Under the pieces are notes generated by a model. It searched no databases. It was not told the origin of the DNA and saw nothing but the letters and a program-made list of their open reading frames with translations. This document shows, piece after piece, positions 22,648 through 35,129 of a stretch of 64,000 nucleotides of DNA (its first letter is position 1; the number at the start of each line of letters is the position of its first letter). The position numbers and the translations under genes were made by a program. The stretch covers positions 8,062,001 to 8,126,000 of the forward strand of contig CM075989.1 in NCBI GenBank assembly GCA_038087875.1, given 5' to 3'. This stretch comes from Malacoraja senta. Taxonomy: Eukaryota.

Positions 22648-23100
22648 GTTCAGTTTAGTTTATTGTCACGTGTACCGAGGTACAGTGAAAAGCTTTTTGT
22701 TGCGTGTTAACCAGTCAGCAGAAAGACAATACATGATCACAATCAATCCATTTACAGTGTATAGATACATGATATGGGAATAACGTTTAGTGCAAGGAAA
22801 ATCCAGCAAAGTCCGGTCAAGGATAATCTGAGGGACATCGAAGATGTAGATAGTTCAGCACTGCTCTCTGGTTGTGGTAGGATGATTCAGTTGCCTGATC
22901 ACAGCTGGGAAGAAACTATCCCTGAATCTGGTGGTGTGTGATTCCACACTTCTGTACCTCTTGCCTGATGGGAGAGGGAAGAGGGGAGAGGAGGGAGTGG
23001 CCAGGATGCGACTCATACTTAATTATGCTGCTGGCCTTGCCGAGGCAGCGTGAGGTATAAATGGAATTGATAGTAGGGAGGTTGGTTTGTGTGATGAAGG
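22648..23100 (-). mobile_element. Rex1/Babar-type LINE 3' end
   Basis: SIYTSRCLGKASSIIK..SHPGHSLLSPLPS remnant and tail ending gtgacaataaactaaactgaac. Relatives near 24115, 29500 and 49840. Confidence 0.75.
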
Positions 23101-23579
23101 TTTGTGTGTTGGAGAAGAATTCGGTCCCGAAACACCACCCATCCTTTTTCTCCACTGATGCTGCCTGATCCGCTGAGTTTTAGTTCAGCACTTTGTATTC
23201 TGTTTACGATTCCAGAATCTGTATTTCTTAGATCTCTATTTCCAGAGCACAATCCAGTAATCAGTGCAATCCAAATAGGCGTTTGATTCTAACTGGGCAG
23301 AATCACAGCTGGAGACCAGGCGTAGACTGGAGGGTAAAGCGTAGCAACAGACTTTGAAGCGAGCAGGAGTCCACCCCTACAGGACAGACAAGGAGTTAAT
23401 TCCCTGAGCAATTGCTAGTTTTTCTACAGTTACACTATTGCCCTTTAATCAAGGCACAATGACTTTCATTATCTCATTTTTTATTTTTTTTTGCGTTTGG
23501 GGACACAACCCTTTCAGTGTGACTGAATCATGAAATGTGCCTGATCAGTTTTACTGCCTCAGCTTAGCCCTAACATCAG

Positions 23580-23855
23580 GTACGAGGCGATGGGGAAGAT
23601 TGGAGGGACACGGGAGGTCCATCAATGCTTTTGTTGCGACTGCTTTGCAAAAGTGACCCCCTGATTAGCCGTTGTTCTGAGCTGCTAAGCGAGAGGTAGG
23701 ATTTGTTCGCTGGAACGAGGAGTCCCGAGCTTGCTAACACGCTCCAGCAGACTCCTGGCGACCAGCCAGCCACAAGTCTGCTGAAACAATCTCTACACAC
23801 GTTGGCACAATGTGGAAGCAGTGCGATCCGTGAGCCATTAGCAGCTTAACTCCTG
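23580..23855 (+). other. Candidate non-coding 5' exon / promoter region of the PAQR gene
   Basis: Repeat-free, CpG-retaining stretch ending in a strong donor CTG|GTAAGA (23855/23856), with a second donor AAG|GTGAGA 10 nt later. No transcript evidence. Confidence 0.3.
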
Positions 23856-25969
23856 GTAAGAGAAGGTGAGAAACTGAGAACCAAAGGAAAACAATGTGGG
23901 GGGGGGGGGAACTGTACTGAGTTAATGTTCCTGAGACATTCTGTTTCTCAAAATGTTTCTTCTTAAAGGGGCCGTGCATGTTGCAATTGTCATAACAGGC
24001 TGTCATTTATGCTTTAGTACCTGGCATTTGCTCTTCCCCAAATGGAATCTTTTAAGTAGTTATGCAGGCCGCCGTGGATTATAAGGTGATTGAACGTGGC
24101 CATTGTGGGGACCACTGTCATCAGGCAACTGAACCATCCTACCAACAACTAGAGAGCAGTCCTGAACTTCTATCTATCTCATTGGAGACCCTCGGAATAT
24201 TTTGATGGGATTTTTCTGGCTTTATCTTGTACTAAATGTTATCGATTGTAATCATATATTGTCTTTCGCTGACTGGTTAGCACGCAACAAAAGCTTTTCA
24301 CTGTACTTCGGTACATGTGACAATAAGCTGAACTCAAACTCACACTCACTGACTTATAGCTGGTGGAGCTGCTGCCTCACAGCGTCAGAGGCCCAGGTTC
24401 GATCCTAACCTTGGGTGCTGCGTGTGAGGAGTTTGCACGTTCTCCCTGTGACCGCGTGGGTTTCTTCCAGGTGCTTGGGTTTCCTCCCACATCCCAAAGA
24501 CCTGCAGGGTTGCAGGTTAATTGTCCTCTATAAATTGCCCTCGGTGTGTAGGGGAGTGGATGAAAAACTGGAATAACACAGTGTGAACAGGTGGTCGATG
24601 GTCGGCATGGACTCGGTGGGCCTAAAGGTCTGTTTCCATGCTGTATCTCGAAATTAAAACTAAACTAACTATACATGGGCTGGCGACATGACTACAAAAA
24701 GGAAGAGCTGCTGGAGGAACTCAGCAGGTCAGGCAGTGTCTGTGGAGGGAAATGGGCTGTCAGCATTTCATTTGGACTAAGGTTTTTGTTTGCTCCAGAT
24801 TCCAGTGTCCACAACCCTTGTGCCTCCAGGACTTCCATGGTGGGTGGGTTGATTGTGAGGTGTTATTGTCTTTCTGCCATTTATGCTGGGCCTTTGCAAG
24901 TTCCCAGTGCCTGGGCTCGAGGTCCTCTGTGACTTTAGACGTCAGAGATAAAGCACAGAAACAGGGTCTTATCTTCACCGAGTCCGCGCCGACCAGTGAT
25001 CACCCCATACACTGGCACTATCCTACACAATAGGGACAATTTACAGTTTTGTTTTATACCGAAGCCATTTAACCTACAAACCTGGTGGACTAAAATGCTG
25101 GAAAAACTCAGCGGGTGTGGCAGCATCTATGGAGCGAAGGAAATAGGCAATGTTTCGGGGTGGTTGATGTCTTTGGGCAAGACCCTGGGTTGGTACAGTT
25201 GGTACTGAGTGTAGAGGGGAGGTAGCCGGTATTTCACCCAGAGAGGTTGTGGAATTCGCTGCCACAGAAGGCAGTGGAGGCCAATTTATTGGATGTTTTC
25301 AAGAGAGAGTTAGATAAAGCTCTTAGGGCTAATGGAATCAAGGGATCTGGGGAGAAAGCAGGAACAGGGTACTGAATTAGCATGGTCAGCCATGATCATA
25401 TTGAATGGCGGTGCTGGCTCAAAGGGCCAAATGGCCTACTCCTGCACCTATTTTCTATGTTTATATCAAGAGATGAGAAGAATGGGGTGAGGCAGATGCT
25501 GGAAGATGTTGGTTCAAATCGGGCAAGGAAGCCGGTGATGGGTGATTGGAGCTGGGCGTCGGTAGATGGCGGCCGATGGGGTGATAAGTAGAAACAGATA
25601 AGGAGAGAGAAAAAAAGCAGCTCACTGCTGAGGGAGGTAAGTGTGGGGGTGGGAGGCAGAGGCTGAAGGTGAGAAGTGGGGACACAACAGGCTGCAGATG
25701 CTGGAATCTGTTAAGTAAGGAAGTGATTCGGCCGATTCGGAAACTCCAAGCCGCTGAGTGTGTTCCTCCGTTCCGACGTCGAAGCCCTGATCATCCCGTC
25801 GATGGGGCCTGTACATCGGGCCCGCCGTAGCGGCGACTGCAGAGGGCTCAAAGGCCCCGACCACGGGTGAACAAAGAGGAAACTGACTGAACTTTTTATT
25901 GCCTTCCCTCACAGTGGGAAACGTTGATTCCGCTGTGGGGGATGTTCATGTTAAATTCTATCGTGTATT

Positions 25970-26625
25970 GTGAAGAAAGCTAATGGAATGTTGGCCTTCA
26001 TAACAAGAGGATTTCAGTATAGGAGTAGAGAGGTTCTTCTGCAGTTGTATAGGGCTCTGGTGAGACCACATCTGGAGTATTGCGTACAGTTTTGGTCTCC
26101 TAATTTGAGGAAGGACATCCTTGTGATTGAGGCAGTGCAGCGTAGGTTCACGAGATTGATCCCTGGGATGGTGGGACTGTCATATGAGGAAAGATTGAAA
26201 AGACTAGGCTTGTATTCACCGGAGTTTAGAAGGATGAGGGGGATCTTATAGAAACATATAAAATTATAAAAGGACTGGACAAGCTAGATGCAGGAAAAAA
26301 ATGTTCCCAATGTTGGGCGAGTCCAGAACCAGGGGCCACAGTCTTAGAATAAAGGGGAGGTCATTTAAGACTGAGGTGAGAAAAAACGTTTTCACCCAGA
26401 GAGTTGTGAATTTGTGGAATTCCCTGCCACAGAGGGCAGTGGAGGCCAAATCACTGGATGGATTTAAGAGAGAGTTAGATAGAGCTCTAGGGGCTAGTGG
26501 AATCAAGGGATATGGGGAGAAGGCAGGCACGGGATATTGATTGGGGACGATCAGCCATGATCACAATGAATGGCGGTGCTGGCTCGAAGGGCCGAATGGC
26601 CTCCTCCTGCACCTATTTTCTATGT
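25970..26625 (+). mobile_element. CR1/HER1-type LINE 3' end (well preserved)
   Basis: KKANGMLAFI...LVRPHLEYCVQFWSP...EAVQRRFTRLIPG...TRGHSLRI...FTQRVVNLWNSLP with one or two frameshifts, plus 3' tail. Confidence 0.92.
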
Positions 26626-29499
26626 TCTATTTGTATGGCTGTATGGTAACTCACATCTCACTGCACCAATGTGACAATAAACTTGAACCTGGTGAGGAAT
26701 AGTGAGCTGACGGAATCGGTTGGGGAGGAGATAGAAGACTCGATAGGTTGTGAGCAGGCAGATGGAACCAAGTGGGGATAAGGAATGAACCTGGATGAGG
26801 GAGACTGGGTGGGTGGGTGGGGGGGGGGGGGTGGACAAGGTGGGAGCAGTGAGGAACCTGGTGGATGAGGAGAGAGAAAGTAGCACCGGAGATGAAGATT
26901 AACTGAATTTGAAAATGTTGGTGTTCATACCATTGGGTTGTCGACTACCCAAGTGGAACTTGAAGTAAAACTCAAGGTGCTAGAGCAACTCAATGGGTCA
27001 GGCAGCATCTGTGGATGGAATGGGCAACAATGTTTCAGGTTGGGACCCTTCTGAGGTGTTGTTCTTCTGTTGCATGGATATGGACGAGATGTAGGTGCAA
27101 TGAATCTCTGATGGAATGGTGGCACAACATGGGCAGCACGGTGGCACAGCAGCAGAGTTGCTGCCTTACAGTGCCAGAGACCCGGGTTTGATCCTGACCA
27201 AGGGCGCTCTCTGTGCGGAGTTTGTGCGTTCTCCCTGTGACCTGTGTGGGTTTCCTCTGGCTTCTCCGTTTTTTTCCCACACTCCAAAGACGTACAGGTT
27301 TGTAGGTTCATTGGCGTGGTATAATTGTAAATTGCGCCTAGTGTGTGTAGGATAGTGTTAGTGTGCGGGGTTCGCTGGTTGGCATGGAGTCAGTGGGCCG
27401 AAGGGCCTGCATCCGTGCTGTATCTCTGAACTAGACTAAACTGTAAGACCGATACGAGCTGCCAGTTGAGGGGCGAGATCTATTTTCTGTTCATTATTCT
27501 TTAAATTTAGGTCAAAGTCTTTCAATAGCTGAACACATCAGCCTGAGTCTGGTGACTGCATGCTCCAGTGCTTAAACTAAGACTCCTTGATATTACAGAA
27601 GTATAAACCATTGGGGAGTGCCTAACGACACGGACAGAGTTTGACACAGGTCTCTGATTCTTTAAGGAATGCTACATAAGAAAGTTATATACTTACAACA
27701 AAGGAAAGAGTTGCACTTCTAAAGCACCTGTCACATCCTTTCAGAACTCTCCAAAGCCAGTGCAATACTTTTGTAACATAGAATACTTAGCATCCAGTCC
27801 ATGTACAGTCCAGTCTGAACCGAAACATCGCCCATCAAATTTCCCTCCACATTTCCCTGCCTGACCCGCTGAGTTCCTCCTGCAGTTTAGGCACAACAAG
27901 CTCCCACAACCAGCAATACAACTATCTTTCTTAGCACAGAACAAGACCATTTGGCCCATCAGAATCATGCCAGCTCCCGTCAGAGAAAGCCCATTAGTTC
28001 CATTCCCCTCATCTTATCTCCAAGCAGCCCAGCGTCTCCCTATGGATCTTTTGCTACTTGCCTAATCTGAGGGATAGTTTACAGCAGCCAGTATCCAGGC
28101 AGTGGGAGTGGGAGAGACGGCTGGGCTACAAATAAAGCTGACCTGGTAAGAGTGAAGAGATTAGGATGCTTCATGCGCTGCAGATGGTTACAGAGGCTAC
28201 TGAGTGAGAATTGGTGTACCGTTGAATATATGTGGGAGAGATGGTGGCACATACATTAAGTTCCTGGGCTACAACCGCGAGTTCAAATCCCGCCATGGGA
28301 GATGTGGAATTAAAGTCCGGTTAATAATTTGGCATTCACATCAGCAAATGCAGCTAATCTTGGAAATGATGGTCATGTTACCACAGCATCATCATGAATA
28401 TCCTCGTGATGTAAGTGGAAAATTGACCTGCAGCAACAGAGCGGACATGGCAATGGCCATATCTTGGTTGCTTGTTTTGACTCTAAAATACAAAGCAATT
28501 GTTCCACCATGATCACCATGTAAAACATAGCATACTCAGCTTTGAACCAACACCAGGATGGTAGGGGTATGGAACGAGCTGCCAGAGGAGGTAATTGAGA
28601 CAGATTCTATCTCAACGTTTAAGAAACATTTAGGCAGGTACATGAATAGGATAGGTTTAGAGGGATGTGGGCCAAACGCAGATAGGTGGGTCTAGTGTAG
28701 ACAGGACATGTTGGCCGGTCAGGGCAAGTTGGGCCAAAGACTCTCTTAGACTCTATGACGCTTAAGATTCTATCACTCTATGACCTGAAATAGGTGCATA
28801 CCCATTTCTCCCACTGTCCTGCCCCTCTTTCCCCATCTCGCCGTCCCCCTCCACCCATAGCCTTTCATCTGGCTTCACATTTTGCAATTCTTCGCTCCTT
28901 GTCTCACAACATTTGTCCTTTCATCTCCAGCCATTGTACAACCATCTGCCAATCAACCCTCCCCTCGCCCCTGCCCCACACTCCTCACCTGTATCCACCC
29001 ATCACTTGCCAGACATTGTCCTTCCCCCACCTCTCTTCCAGCTTTCTCCCTACTACAATCAGTCTGAAGATGGGTCCCGACCTGAAACGTCATTGATCCA
29101 TGTTCCCCAGAGGTGTTGTCTGACACATAGATTTACTCCAACACGTTCTGTCTTTTTCAAACCTGAAATAGGACCATCATTAGTCTGAAGAATAGTCCCA
29201 ACATGGGACATCGTCTGCCTATTCCCTCCACAGATGCTGCCTGACCCGCTGAGTTCATCCAACACTTTTTGTTTTGCACAAGATTCCAGCATTTGCAGTT
29301 CCTTGTGTCTCCATAGGACTGCTGTTACTTGGTGTACAATTGTAATCATGTATTGTCTTTCCGCTGACTGGTTGGCATGCAACAAAAGCTTTTCACTGTA
29401 CCTCGGTACACGTGACAGTAAACTAAACTCAACTCAACCTTATTTCAGATGTTCACCTGCAGATTTCTGCTTTTGATTTCAGAATTCTGTTTGCTGAGT

Positions 29500-30210
29500 T
29501 CAGTTTAGTTTATTGTCACTTGTGCCGAGGTACAGTGAAAAGCTTTTGTTGCGTGCTATCCAGTCAGCAGAAAGACAATACATGAATACAAACGGGCCAT
29601 TTACAGTGTATCGATACACGATAAGGGAATAATGTTTAGTACAAGGTAAAGCCAGCAAAGTCTGATCAAGGATAGTCCGATGGTCATCGAAGAGCTTCAG
29701 CTCTGCTCTCTGGTTGTGGTAGGATGATTCAGTTGCCTGATAACAGCTGGGACGAAACTGTCCCTGAATCTGGAGGTGTGCATTTTCACACTTCTATACC
29801 TTGTGCCTGATGGGAGAGGGGAGAAGATGGAGTGGCCAAGGTCCTTGATTATGCTGCTGGCCTTGCCGAGGCAGCGTGAAGTGTAAATGAAGTCAATAGA
29901 AGAGAGGTAGACAAAAATGCTGGAGAAACTCAGTGGGTGAGGCAGCATCTGTAAATTTTTTCTGTAAATTGAATTGTTTGTGTGTCGTGTAGGAATTGTT
30001 TTGTTTGTATGGCTGTGGAAACGGAGTTTCGTTTGAGCCTCTTTGAGGTTCAAATGACAAAATAAAATCTAATCTAATCTAATCTATGGAGCGAAGGAAA
30101 TAGGCAAGGGAGGTTGGTTTGTCTGATGGTCTGGGCTGCATCCACAATTCGCTGCAATTTCTTGCGTTCTTGGATGGAGCTGTTCCCAAACCAAGCTGTG
30201 ATGTATCCCG
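29500..30210 (-). mobile_element. Rex/Babar LINE 3' end interrupted by nested insertions
   Basis: SRCLGKASSIIKD...SGTRYRSVKMHTSRFRDSF remnant, interrupted at about 29905-30108. Confidence 0.75.
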
Positions 30211-33200
30211 ATGGGGAGAAAAGATTCCTGCTTTTACTCCTGTGGCTAATTTAATCTCCTTGTTCCGGATTCCCAGCGGATGAAAATTTGTATCTGCTGT
30301 ACCGTTTATCATTTTAAATGCTTTAATTAAACAACAATTATTTTTCCTCAGCCGTCTGTGGCTGTATCTTCAGTTTTCCAGTATCTCTCTCCTGTGAAAA
30401 ACGCTCTGTGAAACCTACTGATTTAACGCAGCTTTCTAATGTGAAACAGTGAAAATATTTATACATTTGTTTTGCCTCCTGTGAACCACCTGGGATATTT
30501 CACCATGTTAAAGGTCACATAACCAGAGATAATGGGCCAAGAAATGGCAGCTGTTTATTTAACCCATCATCAGAATTTAACCCCTTTAACGCTGTGATCT
30601 GCTACACCCATTCCATAAATAAGAAATCCCGTGGCTTTCAGTAATTTCAATTATTCGTCAGGGAAAAATGCGGAGTATGAGTGAGTTGGCAATTTGGTGC
30701 TCTTAAGTGCACAGCGATTCCCATCTTTCACAGAAGCCATCTCCTTTAAATGGATACGAGACACAGAGCCCTTCATGTAACCTACAGGGAGATGAGAAAC
30801 TTCAGGGTGAACGAAGGACATCTGTAAAACACAAGATAATCGTTTGAGCAAAAGACACGAAGTGCTGGAGTAACTCAGCAGGTCAAGCAACATCTCTGGA
30901 GAACATGGAGAGGTGACTTATGTAGAACGGAACTGCAGATGCTGGTTTACACCGAAGATAGACACAAAATGCTGGAGTAACTCAGCGGGACAGGCAGCAT
31001 CTCTGGATGGAAGGAATGGGCGACGTTTCGGGTCGAGACTCGGTCTGAAGAAAGGCCTCGACACGAAACGTTACCCATTCCATCTCTCCAGAGATGCTGC
31101 CTGTCCCGCTGAGTTAAAAGCTGGACATGTTCCCTTTCAAACAGCTCTATTGCTTCCAGACCTTGCCTGGGTGGGAACGCGTTTACTGCAGAGGAAAGCA
31201 AAACTTAGAAAGGACGGATCAAAAATGTGGGAATTCCCAGAAGGCATGATTAAGGCATCAGAGTAATTTTAGACTGCGAATTCCTTGCCCATCGCAGATT
31301 ACAGTCAATGTTCATTCAGTCTATAGTAAGTTGAAGAGGCTTTTACAGAGCCAGGGAATGGAGGGGTGTGGAGCACATGTGGGCAGAAGTGATTAGTTTA
31401 ACTCTGCATCATTGTGGACAGACATTATGGGCTGAAGCGCCTGTTCCTGTGCTGTACCATTCTGCACGCTTTGGTGAATTGAGTTATTTTTGAGACGTTT
31501 TTGAAAAGATTTTGAATTAAAGACTGTAGGATGTACTTTGGTCCCACACGCCTGCTGTGCTGTTTAATTGGATCTTGGTGAATGGTTGCTGAAATTCACA
31601 AGGAACGGCAGATTATAGACTTCGATGGAATATCGCAAAATGTGCGCTTCAGCCGTCTTGAGTCCGTGCCTACCAGCGATCACCCCGTCCAAAATTATAA
31701 ATTGTTCCTAGGGTGTAGGATAGTGTTAGGACTGAGATGAGGAAAAACATTTTCACCCAGAGAGTGGTGAATCTGTGGAATTCTCTGCCACACAAGGCAG
31801 TGGAGGCCAATTCACTGGATGTTCACTAGATTTAGCTCTTAGGGCTAAAGAAATCAAGCGATATGGGGAAAAGCAGGAACGGTGTACTATTTTTAGATGA
31901 TCAGCCATGATCATATTGAATGGAGGTGCTGGCTCGAAGGGCTGAATGGCCAACTCCTGCACCTATTTTTCTATGTTTTTCTATGTTCTATGTTTTTTCT
32001 AGTGTGCGGGGTTCACTGGTCGGTGTGGACTCGGTGGGCCGAAGGGCTCTGTATCTCTAAACTGGACAAAACCATGCCAAACTACCCTTTGGAAGTGGGT
32101 GGTGAGCTGCCTCCTTGAACTGCTGTAGTCATTGTAATGAATGGTGCTGCCACAGTGTAGAGACTGCCAGGATTTAGATGAAGGACTGGTGATGTGTTTC
32201 TTGGACAGGTTTATGTGCCACTTGAAGGGAACATGCTGTGGGTGGTGTCCCCATGCACCTGCTGCCCTTGTTCTTCTAGGTGGTCAAGGGTGCCTGTTTG
32301 GGACAGATTATTGAAGAAGCCTCGGAGTTGTGTGGCATTGCATTTTGTGGGAGGTGTGATCTACAGAGGAAGTGGGGGGAGGAGGAGGTTCTGTGGAAAC
32401 TGGGAATCAATTGGAATTTTTCGCACATGCTACACTGGTTACAAGTCATTAAGAGTTTATGGAGCAAAGATGGGGGAATAAATCTCAGCACCACACAAAG
32501 TGCTGGAGTAACTCAGCCGGCCAGGCAGCATCTGTGGAGGATATGGATAGAGTCGACAACGCTTCGGGTCAGGGACTTTCTTCAGATTCAAGAACGTTGC
32601 CTTTACATATCCTCCACCAATGCTGCCTGACCTGCTTGTGCTTTGCTCAAGATTTCAGCATCTGCAGTTCTTTTCAGCAACTGTTCAGCAAGATCCAATT
32701 GAACGGCACAGCAGGCTCGTGGGGCCAAATGGCCTCCGGCCAGCGCTAATTGTCGAAACCCGGGTGGGACTAGCACAACTACAACTCCAAAATTCAGCCA
32801 ACTCAGCACAGACTGGGAACTGTCTCATCTGTATGGTTGAGTATTTGATCGGCACTACTCTCACTGACTAGACCATTGTAAGATGTGGAACGGCAAGAGA
32901 TTAAGGACATTGTTGGAATCAGCTTCATTGCCAGAAACTGAACCACCATTGTGCACGTTTGAGGCTTCTATTCGGGAAACAGTCGTAACTTAATACACTG
33001 CTGTTATAAATTGTGGGTGGACTATAAAATGTAGTCTTTGTGTGATTCTGAACTTATTATCAGGCAAACAGTTGAACTATTAATTTATGCTCTCTGGACT
33101 GTCATGGATCCTGTTATCTTGGCGTGACAAAGCATGTTTTGTGGAAAAACCGAGAAGCAAACTGGATGAGATAAAACTACCACGAATTAGTATGGGAGTG

Positions 33201-33279
33201 AATTTTTGGTCGAAAGATTAAGTGCCCCTGATATCAGCGTTGCCTTGACAATGACACGTATGTGCTCTCTCTCCCTCAG

Positions 33280-33454
33280 TGCCGATGTGCTGTGTTCTCG
33301 GTCGAGGGTGCGAGCTAAGCCTATGAGGGGAGCGTGGAGGCCGGGCTGCTGAGGCAGGAGGGAGATCGCAGAGGCTCCCCGGACAGCAGCGCCCGCTCAC
33401 TCCATCCACGAGGAAGGTGACGCGTCGGGCCAGAAGTCCAAAACAACTTTGGGA
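33280..33454 (+). other. Probable 5' UTR part of the first coding exon of the PAQR gene
   Basis: Acceptor gctctctctccctcag at 33279, followed by GC/CpG-rich unique sequence leading to the ATG at 33455. Confidence 0.55.
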
Positions 33455-33505
33455 ATGCTGAGCTTAAAATTACCTCGTCTCCTCAGCATCAATCAAGTGC
33501 CCAAA
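33455..33505 (+). CDS. PAQR5: Membrane progestin receptor gamma (PAQR5-like), coding exon 1
   Basis: MLSLKLPRLLSINQVPK followed by the phase-0 donor AAA|GTAGGT; matches the recalled PAQR5/6 N-terminus MLSLKLP. Confidence 0.9.
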
Positions 33506-34811
33506 GTAGGTGAATTCCACTTGGTTTTATATCCAAAGGCACTGCAAACACTCTGGTTAAGTTGCCATGGAATTGGCATGGATAAACAACATAGGCAGAG
33601 TGGGCCAAAGGGCCTGCTTCTGCCCTGTTTGTCTCTGTGAGTCGCTGCAGGTCACGAAGCATCTACAGAAAGAGAAACAGTTAACATGGCTTCCATCTGA
33701 AATGCTGATTCTCTTTCTCTCTCCACAGATGCTGACTGACCTGATAAATATTTCCACCATTTGCAGCTCATATTTCAGATTCCTAGCAGCTGCAATGTTT
33801 TTTTGAAGTTTACTTTGAAGATTTACAAGGATGTTGCCAGGGCTTGAGGGCCTGAGCTATTGGGAGGGAGAGCTTGGGCAGACGAGGCCTTTAGTCCTTG
33901 GCCCACAGGAGGATGAGGAAAGCCCTTGGAGATCATGACGGGAGTAGATGGGGTAAATGCATGGAGTCTTTTACCCAGAGTAGAAGAGTCAGGAATCAGA
34001 GGACATAGGTTTAAGGTGAGAGGGAAAGATTGAATAGAAACAGGCAACATTTTAATAGGGAGGCATGGAAGAAGCTGCCAAAGAAGGTAATTGAGATGAA
34101 CATTTAAAAGACATTTGGACAGGTTCATGAGAAGGAAAAGTTTGGAGGGATATGGGCCAAATGCAGGTAGGTAGCACTTGTGTAGATAGGGCATTTTGGT
34201 CGGCATGGTTGGAGTGAGGGTCCTGTTTCCACACTGTATGACTAAGTCAACCTGCTTCATGAATTTTCCAACCAGCATGGAGAGACTACCTAGGCAGCAT
34301 GGAGAGACTACCTAGAAGAATACTGCTTTCTTCAGAATTTAATAGAGCCCTGTAAAACTCAGAGGGGCCAGGACGGTAGAGAATGCAGTTCCCTGAGCAG
34401 AGCAGTCAGGCAACAATGGGTGTAGGCTTGATTGAATTAGCAGACGGGTGCGGTGAGGAAAAAAAGTATTTCACTCTATAAATGGTGGTGGTTCTGCATT
34501 CAGACGGTGAAGGTGTGGTGGAGGCAGAAGCCATCTATCGGGGGGCCGCCTGGTGTCACGTGCGGTGGCAGGCAGAAAATAGGACTGTTCGGCGAACTTA
34601 TGTAAACATTGTCGACGCCAGAAACGTGGCGACTCTTGTTTAATGCCGAGGTGAGGTGTGCCGTGTGATTTTACAGGGTTCCACGCTAAACAAAGCATTT
34701 CACTCCCCCTAGTTACATGTGACAATGAAGTATCATTGAATCATTGAGATTGATGTCCTCATGAAGAGCCTTAACTGGAAGGACGATGGGGTGAGTGTTT
34801 GGGTAGGATGA

Positions 34812-35129
34812 AGGGGCTCTCCCACTGTACGAGCTAATTCAAGAGTTCTCCCGAGTTTCCCCTGATTCGAACTTGGAGAATTACCGTAATAGCCGCTCGT
34901 AGGTACTCGGGGCTCTCGTGGACATTTTTTCAACATGTGGAAAATTTTTCACGAGTCTTCACGGGCGTACCGCGTTTCCCGAGTACCTGCCGTTAGCGTT
35001 ATGAGCCGCTAAGAGACGTCCCGAGCTCAGACGTAGCCGCTACGTACATTCTACGTGCTTACCACGAGTTTGAATTTTTTTTAAACTCGGGAGAGCTCTT
35101 GAATTACCTCATACAGTGGGACAGGCCCT
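34812..35129. mobile_element. MITE, core type C
   Basis: TGA|AGGGGCTCTCCCACTGTACGAG.TAATTCAAGAG ... CTCTTGAATTACCTCATACAGTGGGACAGGCCCT|TTA. Confidence 0.88.
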
